Source: Coprobacillus sp.
GTDB taxonomy: Bacteria > Bacillota_I > Bacilli_A > RFN20 > CAG-826
Direction of reading: 5' to 3'
DNA: 62,516 bases
Assembly (NCBI GenBank): GCA_021203815.1
Contig: JAJQAL010000022.1
Span: 1-62,516 of the forward strand
The position numbers and the translations under genes are program-made. The notes below the pieces were generated by a model. It worked only from the letters and a program-made list of their open reading frames with translations, had not been told where the DNA came from and did not search any database. Positions 48,449-62,497 of the stretch are shown in pieces. Each line of letters begins with the position of its first letter. The stretch's first letter is position 1.

Positions 48449-49381
48449 TCAAACAACGTTTTTATCCTGAAGATCTGCCATAAAGAAGGTAAGAAGATCA
48501 TCATATACTTCTTGTCTTCTAAAGTCGTTAAATACTTCATGACGGCATCCTTCATAAATCTTCGTGCCGACATGTTTAAGTCCAAGTTTCTTATACATCT
48601 TATCGAGTTTCTCTACGTCTTTTCCGTAGTGAGAAACAGGATCTCCATCACCTGAGATGATGAATAAATCGAGATCTTTTCTAATCTTAGTGAGGAACTT
48701 TTTCTTATAGAGACGGTTCATACCTTTAAGGAGTTCAAGGCAGAATCCGTTATTTGGGCGATATCCACAAAGTGGATCGGCGATGAACTTATCAACATTT
48801 TCAGGAATAGTAGAGAGCCAGTCATGTGAGGTCCTCGCTGGCTTTGGAACTTTATTATTAAAGTTTCCAAACATAAGGGCCGCAAGAATCTTAGCGTCTT
48901 TATTTCTATTCTTTTTTGTGGTGATTAGTCTAGCAAGTTGATATCCAAGAGGAGTAAGAGGGTTTTTCGCCATGGAACCACAAAGGACAACCTTACTTAC
49001 GTGGTGAGTATATCTCTGGATATAATCCTGGCAGAGGATTGAGCCCATAGAATGGGCAAAGATAAAGACTGGTCGAGCACTTATACGAAGTTTCTCGACG
49101 AGAGCATCCACCATCTGAACCTGCTTTCTAAAAGCGGATGACGGCACTACTCCAAGGTTAGACATATCGGGAAGGACATTAGCCCCTTGTCCGAAGTTAT
49201 CAAGTGCATAGACATTGAATTTGTGATCATTAAGGAACTGGGCTAAATCGTCATATCTTAGAACGTGCTCACACATACCGGACATAATGATAACATTAGC
49301 AATGCTATCCTCGACGGTCCAAGCGTAGCCGTACTCGACAATTCCTTTACTCTCAATACTAATTTTTTGTGGTTTACTCAT
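48449..49381 (-). CDS. Alpha/beta hydrolase (lysophospholipase / monoacylglycerol-lipase-like)
   Basis: Nucleophile elbow AHSMGS (GxSxG). Length and pattern are typical of the Hydrolase_4 family. Confidence 0.8.
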   Translation of the reverse strand: MSKPQKISIESKGIVEYGYAWTVEDSIANVIIMSGMCEHVLRYDDLAQFLNDHKFNVYALDNFGQGANVLPDMSNLGVVPSSAFRKQVQMVDALVEKLRISARPVFIFAHSMGSILCQDYIQRYTHHVSKVVLCGSMAKNPLTPLGYQLARLITTKKNRNKDAKILAALMFGNFNNKVPKPARTSHDWLSTIPENVDKFIADPLCGYRPNNGFCLELLKGMNRLYKKKFLTKIRKDLDLFIISGDGDPVSHYGKDVEKLDKMYKKLGLKHVGTKIYEGCRHEVFNDFRRQEVYDDLLTFFMADLQDKNVV

Positions 49382-49392
49382 ATGGTCTCCTC

Positions 49393-50409
49393 CTATTCAT
49401 ACCCATGTGGGTTTTTAGACTGCCAGTTCCATGAGTCACGGCAGGCCTCTTCAATACTAAGTTCAGCCTTCCAGCCCATTTCTTTATAAGCTTTATCACA
49501 GTTTGCATAGCATTCAGTTACATCCCCAGGTCTTCTATCACCAACGACATAATTAATCTTCATGTTGTTTGCTTTTTCAAAAGCGTGCACAAGTTCAAGG
49601 ACCGTAGTGCCTTTTCCTGTGCCAAGGTTATAGATAACAAGCCCTGGTTTCTCTTCTAGTTTATGAAGAGCGTAGACGTGACCTACGGCAAGATCAACGA
49701 CGTGAATATAATCTCTAACGCAGGTGCCGTCACGAGTGGGGTAATCACCACCGAAAACAGTAAGCTGTTTAAGAGTGCCGACAGCAACCTGAGTGATATA
49801 TGGCATTAAATTATTAGGAATACCAGTTGGATATTCTCCCATCACTCCTGATGGATGGGCTCCAATTGGGTTAAAGTATCTTAATAGAGCAACATTAGCG
49901 TCTTTATGTGTGCTAGCGTACTCCATAAGCATCTTCTCGATGATAATCTTCGTTTCTCCATACGGAGAAGCGGCTTCTCCAACGGGATCTGTTTCCACGA
50001 TTGGAACGCTTTTTGGATTACCGTATACCGTCGCACTTGACGAGAAGACGATATTATGCACTCCATATTCTTCCATAAGTTCAATTAAAACTTTAGAGGA
50101 GCCAACATTGTTATCATAATAAAGCTGAGGTTTTTGGACGGATTCACCAACGGATTTAAGACCCGCGAAATGAATAATACTTTCGATTTCGTTTTCTTCG
50201 AAAACGCGCCTCATCGCTTCTTTATCCTGAACATCTATTTGATAGAATTTTGGTTTAATTCCACTGATAAGTTTAATTCGGTTAAGGACTTCAATCTTTG
50301 AATTACAAAGATTGTCCACAATTACGGGCTCGTATCCCGCTTTTAAAAGTTCAATAACGGTATGGCTACCGATATAGCCGGTTCCACCAGTAACTAATAC
50401 TTTACCCAT
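49393..50409 (-). CDS. galE: UDP-glucose 4-epimerase
   Basis: VLVTGGTGYIGSH Rossmann motif, catalytic YGETK (YxxxK). 338 aa. Confidence 0.93.
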   Translation of the reverse strand: MGKVLVTGGTGYIGSHTVIELLKAGYEPVIVDNLCNSKIEVLNRIKLISGIKPKFYQIDVQDKEAMRRVFEENEIESIIHFAGLKSVGESVQKPQLYYDNNVGSSKVLIELMEEYGVHNIVFSSSATVYGNPKSVPIVETDPVGEAASPYGETKIIIEKMLMEYASTHKDANVALLRYFNPIGAHPSGVMGEYPTGIPNNLMPYITQVAVGTLKQLTVFGGDYPTRDGTCVRDYIHVVDLAVGHVYALHKLEEKPGLVIYNLGTGKGTTVLELVHAFEKANNMKINYVVGDRRPGDVTECYANCDKAYKEMGWKAELSIEEACRDSWNWQSKNPHGYE

Positions 50410-50414
50410 AATGA

Positions 50415-51839
50415 TTACCTCCTTTTTAGTTCTTCAAGTAGAAGAGAATTTGTATCTTTAGGGTTTACTTTGCCGCCTGTCTTCTTCATTACTTGGCCCA
50501 TGAGATATCCAAGTGCTTTATCTCGTCCCGCTTTGTAGTCGATGATGGACTGTTCGTTCTCATCGAGGACTTCTTCGATGATTTTTAATAAATCATCACT
50601 ACTTGATATCATGCCTTTATTAAATTCAGAAGCAAGCTCACTAATACTTAATGTATTATTTTCTAATATTTTAGCAAATATTTCTCTTCCTTGCTTGTTA
50701 TTTATTTCCCCCTTCTCAATTAGAGAGATAATCTCCGCAATTTGAGCTGGAGTAAGGGGGAATTGGCTAATGGGGATATCAAATTTATTTAAGGCCGCTG
50801 AAACATCTCCAATTAGCCAATTCGCGCTGAGTTTGTAGGATACACCATTTTTGACTATATTATCAAAATAATTTGATAAATCTTTATCAGAAATGAGTAT
50901 ATTTGCGTCATATTCACTAAGACCGCACTGTAAATACCTCTTTAATTTAGAGGAAGCGAGTTCATTACTCGTCTTAATTGCATCATCAATAAAAGCCTGG
51001 TCGAGACTAATTGGGATAATATTAGCCTCGGGATAATATTTATAGTCCACCGCATCGGTTTTATTTCTCATTGCCTGCGTGGTTCTACTAGTTTCATCAA
51101 ATCTTCTCGTTTCTTGAATGATAGGTTCACCAGTCTCTAAACATTTAGACTGTCTTTCAAATTCATAATCGAGAACTTTTTGGACATTCATGATGCTATT
51201 GAGGTTTTTAATCTCCACTTTAGTGCCAAGTTTTTCGCTTCCCACTTCATGAATAGAGATATTAACATCGCATCGAAGTGATCCTTCTTCCATCTTGCCA
51301 TCACTGACATCGAGGAAGGAAACGATGGAGCGGATTTCATCAATATACTTCATCGCCTCTTCACTAGAATGAATTTGAGGTTTAGAGACAATCTCAATGA
51401 GAGGGGTTCCACACCTATTGTAATCAATGAGGGTGCAGTCATAACTATGGAGCTGTTTCGCAGTGTCCTCTTCAATATGAAGTCTTTCAATCTCTATTTT
51501 GTGTTCACCAGTAGAAGTATTAAAGGTGAGATAACCATTTCTTCCAATGGGTTTATAGTACTGAGTAATTTGATAGCCTTTAGGAAGGTCAGAGTAAAAA
51601 TAGTTTTTTCGGTCAAAACGAAGGACGGGGTCGATTTCCATATGAAGAGCGTGACACACTCTAATAGCGTTAATGACCGCACCTTTATTAACTGTCGGAA
51701 GAACACCAGGGAATCCTAGGTCATACACAGTTACATTAGTGTTTGTCTCATCTCCATAGTTAACAGGAGCACTAGAAAACATTTTGGACTTAGTCTTCAT
51801 CTCGATATGTATTTCAAGTCCAATTACTGGTTCTAGCAT
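50415..51839 (-). CDS. gatB: Asp/Glu-tRNA amidotransferase subunit B
   Basis: 474 aa with typical GatB N-terminus (GLEIHIEM) and a C-terminal YqeY-like tail. 1-nt overlap with gatA. Confidence 0.97.
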   Translation of the reverse strand: MLEPVIGLEIHIEMKTKSKMFSSAPVNYGDETNTNVTVYDLGFPGVLPTVNKGAVINAIRVCHALHMEIDPVLRFDRKNYFYSDLPKGYQITQYYKPIGRNGYLTFNTSTGEHKIEIERLHIEEDTAKQLHSYDCTLIDYNRCGTPLIEIVSKPQIHSSEEAMKYIDEIRSIVSFLDVSDGKMEEGSLRCDVNISIHEVGSEKLGTKVEIKNLNSIMNVQKVLDYEFERQSKCLETGEPIIQETRRFDETSRTTQAMRNKTDAVDYKYYPEANIIPISLDQAFIDDAIKTSNELASSKLKRYLQCGLSEYDANILISDKDLSNYFDNIVKNGVSYKLSANWLIGDVSAALNKFDIPISQFPLTPAQIAEIISLIEKGEINNKQGREIFAKILENNTLSISELASEFNKGMISSSDDLLKIIEEVLDENEQSIIDYKAGRDKALGYLMGQVMKKTGGKVNPKDTNSLLLEELKRR

Positions 51840-53299
51840 TATTTCTTCTCTCCTTTAGCGTAGAGATTATAGTAGCCAAGTTTATTTTCGAGAGCGAGGG
51901 ATATATTAAGAACCTTCTCCTCAGTAAAAATAGCGGAGGTAAAGTTCCCTCCATATGGAAGGTTACCCTTAAATCCAATAGGGAGGGTTAGGCTTGGATA
52001 CCCTCCGAAATTTGCATAAGCAAGGTAGTTATCACAGATTAAATATTCCGCGCTTAAAACATCGCTCTTATCATTAAATTTAGAAGCGCAGGATGGTGAG
52101 GCAGGTAAATAAATAACATCGTAATTCTCAAGTATTTCATTAAATTTATCCACAATTAAGTGTCTACAGCGCTGCGCACCAATGAACAAATCTTCCTGAT
52201 TTTCTCTTAAAAGAGAATATCCACCAATCACGAAACGACGTTTGATTAACTGTGAAAACCCCGTAGTTCTCGTGTTTGTCATAATCTCTTCATATGTTTT
52301 GCCTTTTTCTCTAAGACCAAATTTAATTCCGTCTAAATTAGCGTTATTTGAAGTGGCTTCTGCACAGGAAATGATATTGTATGTTGGGTATATGGCTTTT
52401 AATAAATCTAGGTCCATATGGACATGGTGAACACTCGCCCCAAGTGACCTTAGAACTTCGAGTGTTTCGTTAAAGCGGTCCACTACTTCTTTATCAGTCA
52501 TGCTATCAAGAATTTCATCGATAACCGCAATTTTATAGCCTTTAATATTTCCATCAATAATTGATGCATAGTCTTTAACTTCCCTAGTGGAACTCGTCGC
52601 ATCATTTTTATCAGGACCCGCAAGTAATGTTAGAAGTGAGGCTGCATCTTTTACACTACGTGTAAAATAAGCCACATGATCAAGAGATGGAGCAAAAGGA
52701 AAAAGGCCATACCTAGAGATTCTACCCCATGTTGGTTTAAAACCAACAAGACCGCCAAAAGATGCTGGTTTACGAACACTATCACCAGTATCGCTACCAA
52801 TAGCAAACGGAACTAAACCGCGAGCACAACAAGCTGCGCTACCGCATGAAGATCCACCAATCATATGCTCGAGAGTGGGGTCATATGGATTATAAGTTTT
52901 ACCTTTATGTCCAGACGTCCCGCTACCACCCATTGCGAGTTCATCAAGGGTAGCTTTTCCAATTAAAATTGCGTCGCTATTTAATAGCTTCTCATAGACA
53001 GTCGCGCTATATACTGGAACATATCCATCTAAGATATTTGAAGATGCGCAAGTAGGGATATCTTTAGTGGAAAAATTATCTTTTAAAACATAGGGAATTC
53101 CCCAAAAAAGATTGTCTTTTTGCGGTTCTTTTAATTTTTCTGCTTGGGAAATGGCCTCATCTTTACATAGATATTCAAAGGCATTATCAGGGTCATCTCC
53201 TATCTCTTCAAAGACTGCTTTAACTACTTCCAAAGGAGTCACTTTTTTAGCGACATAGGCCTCGTGAAGTTCGCTTATCGTTAAATGAATATAGTCCAT
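51839..53299 (-). CDS. gatA: Glu-tRNA(Gln) amidotransferase subunit A
   Basis: Amidase signature GGSSCGSAA. 486 aa, between gatC and gatB. Confidence 0.97.
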   Translation of the reverse strand: MDYIHLTISELHEAYVAKKVTPLEVVKAVFEEIGDDPDNAFEYLCKDEAISQAEKLKEPQKDNLFWGIPYVLKDNFSTKDIPTCASSNILDGYVPVYSATVYEKLLNSDAILIGKATLDELAMGGSGTSGHKGKTYNPYDPTLEHMIGGSSCGSAACCARGLVPFAIGSDTGDSVRKPASFGGLVGFKPTWGRISRYGLFPFAPSLDHVAYFTRSVKDAASLLTLLAGPDKNDATSSTREVKDYASIIDGNIKGYKIAVIDEILDSMTDKEVVDRFNETLEVLRSLGASVHHVHMDLDLLKAIYPTYNIISCAEATSNNANLDGIKFGLREKGKTYEEIMTNTRTTGFSQLIKRRFVIGGYSLLRENQEDLFIGAQRCRHLIVDKFNEILENYDVIYLPASPSCASKFNDKSDVLSAEYLICDNYLAYANFGGYPSLTLPIGFKGNLPYGGNFTSAIFTEEKVLNISLALENKLGYYNLYAKGEKK

Positions 53300-53595
53300 T
53301 ATTTTAATACCCTTGGAATTCGAATTTGATTCTCTATGACATCCTTAGCATTTTTAAGAGCATCTTCAGTGGAGATAACATCGCTTGGTTCATCCTCTCT
53401 TAAGGTGGAGGTAGTAACTTCATAGGGGAAAGTCATAGGAGAGATTTCGTTTACACCTTTTATGTTATGTATGAGTTCCATCTGCTTGATGATTGTATTA
53501 AACTCGCCTTCAAGAAGGCGGTATTCATCTTCACTCATATCAAACATGAGGGAATTCGCAACATTTTTTAAGACATCAATATTAACTTCTTTCAT
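53299..53595 (-). CDS. gatC: Asp/Glu-tRNA amidotransferase subunit C
   Basis: 98 aa, with 1-nt overlap with gatA. GatC-like LREDEP motif. Confidence 0.92.
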   Translation of the reverse strand: MKEVNIDVLKNVANSLMFDMSEDEYRLLEGEFNTIIKQMELIHNIKGVNEISPMTFPYEVTTSTLREDEPSDVISTEDALKNAKDVIENQIRIPRVLK

Positions 53596-53635
53596 AGTGG
53601 CATTATTCTATCACCTACTAATAACATTATAAATG

Positions 53636-57837
<4,202 letters not shown>

Positions 57838-57895
57838 AACTCTACCCGGTTATAGTCTAGCATAGGGGCCTCTCTATTTCAATTAGTAGAGATTT

Positions 57896-58345
57896 CTAAA
57901 TCTCTAAAATCTCACGTATTGTATTAGATCCACATACATAAAAAATAACAGTGTGATTATCTATTCCAATAAGGGCTGGGGTGGCCCCAAGAAAAATTTC
58001 ATCGATATTAGTCGCTCCAATTGTTAAGTCGACGTCGTCTACATCACCTAGAGGAATAGAATCAGCATTATCTTCGTAGCACACAAAATAGATAGGAGTC
58101 TTTGGATCATTTAATGCATAACAAACGATATCATTTCTTAATTCCTTGCAGTAAGTACAATTAAGACTATAAATATAGACATGATAGTAACCATCAAAAC
58201 TTAAAATATCATCCCAGTTTATTCTCTGTTCTTCTGATAATTGATTATAGGCATATATAATCTCTCGCTCTGAATTTATATCTTCCCCACCGAAACAAGA
58301 GGAGATAGAAAATAAGATTGAAAGGCTAACAAAAAACATCTTCAT
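57896..58345 (-). CDS. Thioredoxin-fold-like lipoprotein (CxxC)
   Basis: From ATG 58345 (MKMFFVSLSILFSISS|C lipobox), with a CTYC motif after a beta-strand-like YHVYIYSLN. The ORF-track start at 58381 is TTG. The function is inferred only from the CxxC context. Confidence 0.55.
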   Translation of the reverse strand: MKMFFVSLSILFSISSCFGGEDINSEREIIYAYNQLSEEQRINWDDILSFDGYYHVYIYSLNCTYCKELRNDIVCYALNDPKTPIYFVCYEDNADSIPLGDVDDVDLTIGATNIDEIFLGATPALIGIDNHTVIFYVCGSNTIREILEI

Positions 58346-58413
58346 ACTTATATAAAGAAGAAAAATGGCATTTTTGTGCAAAAAATAAATAAATTTTTTT
58401 AAAATATATTTAT

Positions 58414-59397
58414 ATGTTTAAGAAAAGAGATACTTTAGTACAGAACATGACCTATATGGCCATTATGGCGGCGATCAATGTGGTCTTTGTTTTACTAACA
58501 ACTTTTCTTCCGGTTTTGATGTTTGTGATCGTATTTATCTTGCCTCTTACCTCTACGATAGTAACGCTTTACTGTAAGAAGAGGTATTTCCCTATATACG
58601 CAGTGGTAACTATAGTCCTATGTCTTCTTGTCACTATGTCTAATATCTCAGATACTCTCTTCTATGTCATTCCATCTATCATTACTGGATTCCTATTTGG
58701 AATTATGGTGAACTATAAAGTTCCAGCGATATGGATTATCTTCTCTACATCAGTAGTCCAGCTTGGAGTGTCCTATGCAATGATTCCATTTATTGAGTGG
58801 CTTCTCGGCATTAATATCATCGATGTATTTGCGACGGCTTTTGGAGTGAGTAACTTCATTTATCTCGATTATGTCACTCCTTGTTTTATCTATTTTATTG
58901 CGTTAGTGCAGTCTGCGTTTACCTATTTAATAATCAGGGGAGAACTACCTAAATTTAAGTATGAAACCACTAATGTAAGAAAACACTGGTACTATGAATA
59001 TATTGCAGAACTTGCTTCTTTTCTCTTAATTTTGATATTTGCCTTTACCTATAAACCGCTGACATATCTATTCTTTATGTTTGCGATTTACTTTATGACA
59101 TTTATTATGGCGGAGGCTATTATGAGCGGAGGAAGGGCGATGTGGATAGCGCTACCTATCGCTTTATTTATTGGTCTACTTCTCTTTGCCGCTACCTATC
59201 AGTATTTTATAGATCCACTAGGCCTACTTGCGTTAGGATTTACTTTTGCTCTTATCGATATTACTTCGCTATGTAACGAAATAAGAATAATAGTTAACTC
59301 TAAAAAGCAAGAAGTGAGTGGGAAAAGCGAAGCTATTCCACTACTAGTAACTCCTGAAGAAATAAGAGAAAAATCAACTGATGAGGAAAAAGTATAA
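58414..59397 (+). CDS. Polytopic membrane protein (~9 TM), function unknown
   Basis: Long ORF that is almost entirely hydrophobic helices, with an acidic C-terminal tail. No motif recognised. Confidence 0.7.
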   Translation: MFKKRDTLVQNMTYMAIMAAINVVFVLLTTFLPVLMFVIVFILPLTSTIVTLYCKKRYFPIYAVVTIVLCLLVTMSNISDTLFYVIPSIITGFLFGIMVNYKVPAIWIIFSTSVVQLGVSYAMIPFIEWLLGINIIDVFATAFGVSNFIYLDYVTPCFIYFIALVQSAFTYLIIRGELPKFKYETTNVRKHWYYEYIAELASFLLILIFAFTYKPLTYLFFMFAIYFMTFIMAEAIMSGGRAMWIALPIALFIGLLLFAATYQYFIDPLGLLALGFTFALIDITSLCNEIRIIVNSKKQEVSGKSEAIPLLVTPEEIREKSTDEEKV

Positions 59398-59437
59398 TCT
59401 ATTGATTATATAGGTAATAAAGGTAAAATAAGTAAAT

Positions 59438-60109
59438 ATGGTAAACTTCTTTAAAAACGTTGGTAAAGGAATCCTTTATATCCTCTTTATACCCGCAATT
59501 ATTGTGGTATTAGTGGTTGCCGCTGTTGGCGCGGTGGGTGTTTTCTTTTACGAACTTGGAAAGAGTATTGGCCTCTTCTTCATGGGAAAGAATATCTTTC
59601 AAGATCTCCCTGAAGACACTCAGGCAAAAGCCATTATTGAAATGAATAAAAATCTTTCAAATCAGATTTTAGCGGGGGGCACTCCGGTTCAAGATGTCAC
59701 TAATAATACCACCACAAATAATACCTATAACAACATCATTATTATGTCAAATGAAGAGGACCTTATTAAGCTTATGAGCGGTCAGTCTTCTATTCCTGAA
59801 AACACTAATATAAGAGTGATAGAAAGCGAAAAACCAAAAGAGATAATTGAAAACGAACCACTTCAAATTGATGTAAAAGAGGCAGAATTTACTGAGATTT
59901 CATCTAAAGATGACGAGATAATTACTAATGGAGAGGAAAAAGAAGAGACTCCAATTATAACGACTCATGAAGAAGTTAAAAGAACTCCAAGACCAAGTAT
60001 TAAACCGGTTAGACAGAGCCCAAGAAAAGTAAGTGAGACTCATGAAGAAAATGACACCGATGAAGATGATGATGATATAGAACCAGGAGGAGGCGTTACC
60101 ATTAGGTAA
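59438..60109 (+). CDS. Membrane-anchored protein with a disordered Asn/Thr- and Glu/Asp-rich tail
   Basis: N-terminal TM hairpin followed by low-complexity sequence (TNNTTTNNTYNN ... ENDTDEDDDD). The stop overlaps the next ATG (TAATG). Confidence 0.65.
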   Translation: MVNFFKNVGKGILYILFIPAIIVVLVVAAVGAVGVFFYELGKSIGLFFMGKNIFQDLPEDTQAKAIIEMNKNLSNQILAGGTPVQDVTNNTTTNNTYNNIIIMSNEEDLIKLMSGQSSIPENTNIRVIESEKPKEIIENEPLQIDVKEAEFTEISSKDDEIITNGEEKEETPIITTHEEVKRTPRPSIKPVRQSPRKVSETHEENDTDEDDDDIEPGGGVTIR

Positions 60110-60906
60110 TGGGTATTATGCTTACAGTATTTGCGATGACAGAAAGTGAAAGAAGACTCATCTTCGCTATCATCATGATAGTGCTCCTTTTAGTGGTCCT
60201 AGCAGGTTTCATCGGTTGGTGGATTTACCGCGTTATGAAGTGGCAGGGAAAGAAGATGGATAATCTCGTTCATGATGTCGTTGTCACTAGAATCATCACA
60301 GATAGTAAATCGCTTAAAGCATATGGAAGAAAAAAGAGCTTTGCGTATTTCTTTAAACAGGCCTGGATTCCAGTCCTACTTATCGCAGTGGCGTTCTTAA
60401 TCCTTTTAATTAATGACCTTATTATAAAAGATTTCCACTATAACGTCTTTAATACAGAGACTGGAATAGCTACGCTATTCTTCCTATGGGATTTTGATGA
60501 TCCAGATATTTATACAACGGTCTTTGGAATGAGAGTAATTGCCCAGTGGCCCGCTGTTACCCATACTCCAACATTTGTTGTGGACGCGATAACCTCATAC
60601 TTATTTATCCCAATTTGTGGGGTAGGAATGGTATGGTTTATGGTCTGTGTCCAATGCCTTGTATCTAGGTGGTGGAGACTTAGAACTCTATGTGATAAAA
60701 TCTTTGATAAATCACTTGAAGGCTATAATCAAAATGCCGCGATTATGGGAGCTAGTGGGGCAGGAACTGGAATGAAAGTTACGGCAGATAATATGGATCA
60801 GGTTGCGGCGCAGCAGCAAGCCCAGTCCACTACTCAGGCTAATAGTAGTGAAAATAATGAAAGGCCCCCAATAGGGAGCGATTCATCTAATAGTAATAAA
60901 GGATAG
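60109..60906 (+). CDS. Membrane protein (~4 TM) with a Gln/Ser-rich C-terminal tail
   Basis: Translationally coupled to the preceding ORF. Hydrophobic helices, then AAQQQAQSTTQANSSENN. Confidence 0.65.
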   Translation: MGIMLTVFAMTESERRLIFAIIMIVLLLVVLAGFIGWWIYRVMKWQGKKMDNLVHDVVVTRIITDSKSLKAYGRKKSFAYFFKQAWIPVLLIAVAFLILLINDLIIKDFHYNVFNTETGIATLFFLWDFDDPDIYTTVFGMRVIAQWPAVTHTPTFVVDAITSYLFIPICGVGMVWFMVCVQCLVSRWWRLRTLCDKIFDKSLEGYNQNAAIMGASGAGTGMKVTADNMDQVAAQQQAQSTTQANSSENNERPPIGSDSSNSNKG

Positions 60907-60914
60907 AGTTAGGA

Positions 60915-61064
60915 CTAAGAAATAAGAATAACAATTTCCGCAATGATATAAATAACAAGGAGAACGCAGAGGACAATTAGTAGCCACATGATGCGGCGGC
61001 CGGAACGCGTTCTTCTTGTTTTTTCTTCAGGTGATAATTCTTCAAATTCGTCTTTTCTAGCCAT
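60915..61064 (-). CDS. Unlisted small ORF: 49-aa single-pass membrane protein
   Basis: Hand translation gives MARKDEFEELSPEEKTRRTRSGRRIMWLLIVLCVLLVIYIIAEIVILIS. The ATG lies 8 nt after the asnS stop. Charged N-terminus plus one TM helix. No clear SD. Confidence 0.45.
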   Translation of the reverse strand: MARKDEFEELSPEEKTRRTRSGRRIMWLLIVLCVLLVIYIIAEIVILIS

Positions 61065-61072
61065 GATTTGCA

Positions 61073-62449
61073 CTAATATTTGATATTATTTGAGGTTCTT
61101 GGATATGGCTGGACATCTCTAATATTTTGCATACCTGTTACATACATTAAAAGTCTATCAAATCCAAGACCAAATCCAGAATGGTAGCATCCTCCATACC
61201 TTCTTGTATCGAGATACCAATCTAGATTAGTTATATTAAGTTCTTTCATTTTTGCTTCAAGAACATCGAGCCTATCTTCTCTTTGAGAGCCACCGACAAG
61301 TTCACCCACTCCTGGGACTAGTAGGTCGCAAGCGGCTACTGTTTTCCCATCATCATTTTGCTTCATATAGAAGGCTTTAATTTCTTTAGGATAATCGATT
61401 AAGAAAACTGGACCTCCCACTATCTGCTCAGTGATATATCGTTCGTGTTCACTTTGTAGATCCATGCCCCATTTGATATCGGAATTATCAAACTTATGAC
61501 CACTTTTTACCGCCTCTTGTAGTAGGTTAATGGCTTCAGTGTAAGTCATTTTCTTAAATTCCGAGTTAAGAACATTATTAAGTCTATCTTTAAGACCCTT
61601 ATCCACTTGAGTGTTAAAGAACTCCATTTCTGGTCCACATTTTTCTAGTACAGTTTTGATTGAATGCTTTATACAGCCTTCAATAATATCCATATTCCCG
61701 TTTAGATCACAGAAAGCCATTTCCGGCTCAATCATCCAAAACTCTGAGGAATGACGAACTGTATTGGAATGCTCCGCTCTAAAAGCGGGGGCAAACGTGT
61801 AAACACGTTTAAAGGCTAAAGCAAAGGGCTCAACATGGAGCTGACCGGTAACAGTAAGATTAACTCTTTGCCCATAAAAGGAGTTTTCATCATCACTATC
61901 ATGAGTCACAACGTCAAAGACGTTACCCGCTCCCTCTCCGTCATTAGTGGTAATAATAGGAGTGTGAACATACATAAACCCGTTATCCTGGAAATACTCA
62001 TGTAATGCCATAGTTAAGACATTTCTTACTCTAAAGACAGCATTAAATGTATTGGTTCTCACTCTTAAGTGAGCAATATCACGTAAAAACTCATAGCTAT
62101 GATACTTCTTTTGAAGTGGGTATGATTCATTTGCTCCTCCCTCGAGGATCGCGTCGGTCACCCGAATTTCAAAAGGCTGTTTCATTTCTGGAGTTAGGAC
62201 TAACTCTCCAGTCACCGTGATAGCGCATCCACTTCTAAGAGAGGATAATAGCTCGTAGCAGTCAACATCAGAAGAATAAACTAATTGGGCGTTTTTAAAT
62301 GAGGTTCCATCATTAAGCTCGATGAAACCAATGTTACCACTATTACGATTAGTTCTAACCCAGCCTTGAAGGGTGACTTTTTTTATTGATTTAATCTCTT
62401 CGGAACCAAGTAAATCAAATAGCTGTCCAATATCGTAAATTCTTTCCAT
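61073..62449 (-). CDS. asnS: Asparagine--tRNA ligase
   Basis: Class IIb aaRS with an N-terminal OB fold and FRAEHSNTVRHSSEFWMIEPE, GGSQRE and GFGLGFDRL motifs typical of AsnRS. Confidence 0.95.
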   Translation of the reverse strand: MERIYDIGQLFDLLGSEEIKSIKKVTLQGWVRTNRNSGNIGFIELNDGTSFKNAQLVYSSDVDCYELLSSLRSGCAITVTGELVLTPEMKQPFEIRVTDAILEGGANESYPLQKKYHSYEFLRDIAHLRVRTNTFNAVFRVRNVLTMALHEYFQDNGFMYVHTPIITTNDGEGAGNVFDVVTHDSDDENSFYGQRVNLTVTGQLHVEPFALAFKRVYTFAPAFRAEHSNTVRHSSEFWMIEPEMAFCDLNGNMDIIEGCIKHSIKTVLEKCGPEMEFFNTQVDKGLKDRLNNVLNSEFKKMTYTEAINLLQEAVKSGHKFDNSDIKWGMDLQSEHERYITEQIVGGPVFLIDYPKEIKAFYMKQNDDGKTVAACDLLVPGVGELVGGSQREDRLDVLEAKMKELNITNLDWYLDTRRYGGCYHSGFGLGFDRLLMYVTGMQNIRDVQPYPRTSNNIKY

Positions 62450-62466
62450 ATTTATCTCTTCCTAGT

Positions 62467-62497
62467 AAAAAATTATATCTTTATGAATGAAGATATA
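62467..62497 (-). terminator. AT-rich hairpin + T-tract upstream of asnS (terminator of the upstream gene, or a leader attenuator)
   Basis: TATATCTT/AAGATATA 8-bp stem (62474-81 / 62490-97), followed on the minus strand by ATTTTTT. The window ends 19 nt beyond it. Confidence 0.45.

Noticed and set aside
50415-53595. Co-occurrence of gatCAB with asnS as an anomaly.
   Set aside because: This is common in Bacillota, where GatCAB serves Gln-tRNA formation while AsnRS charges tRNA-Asn directly.
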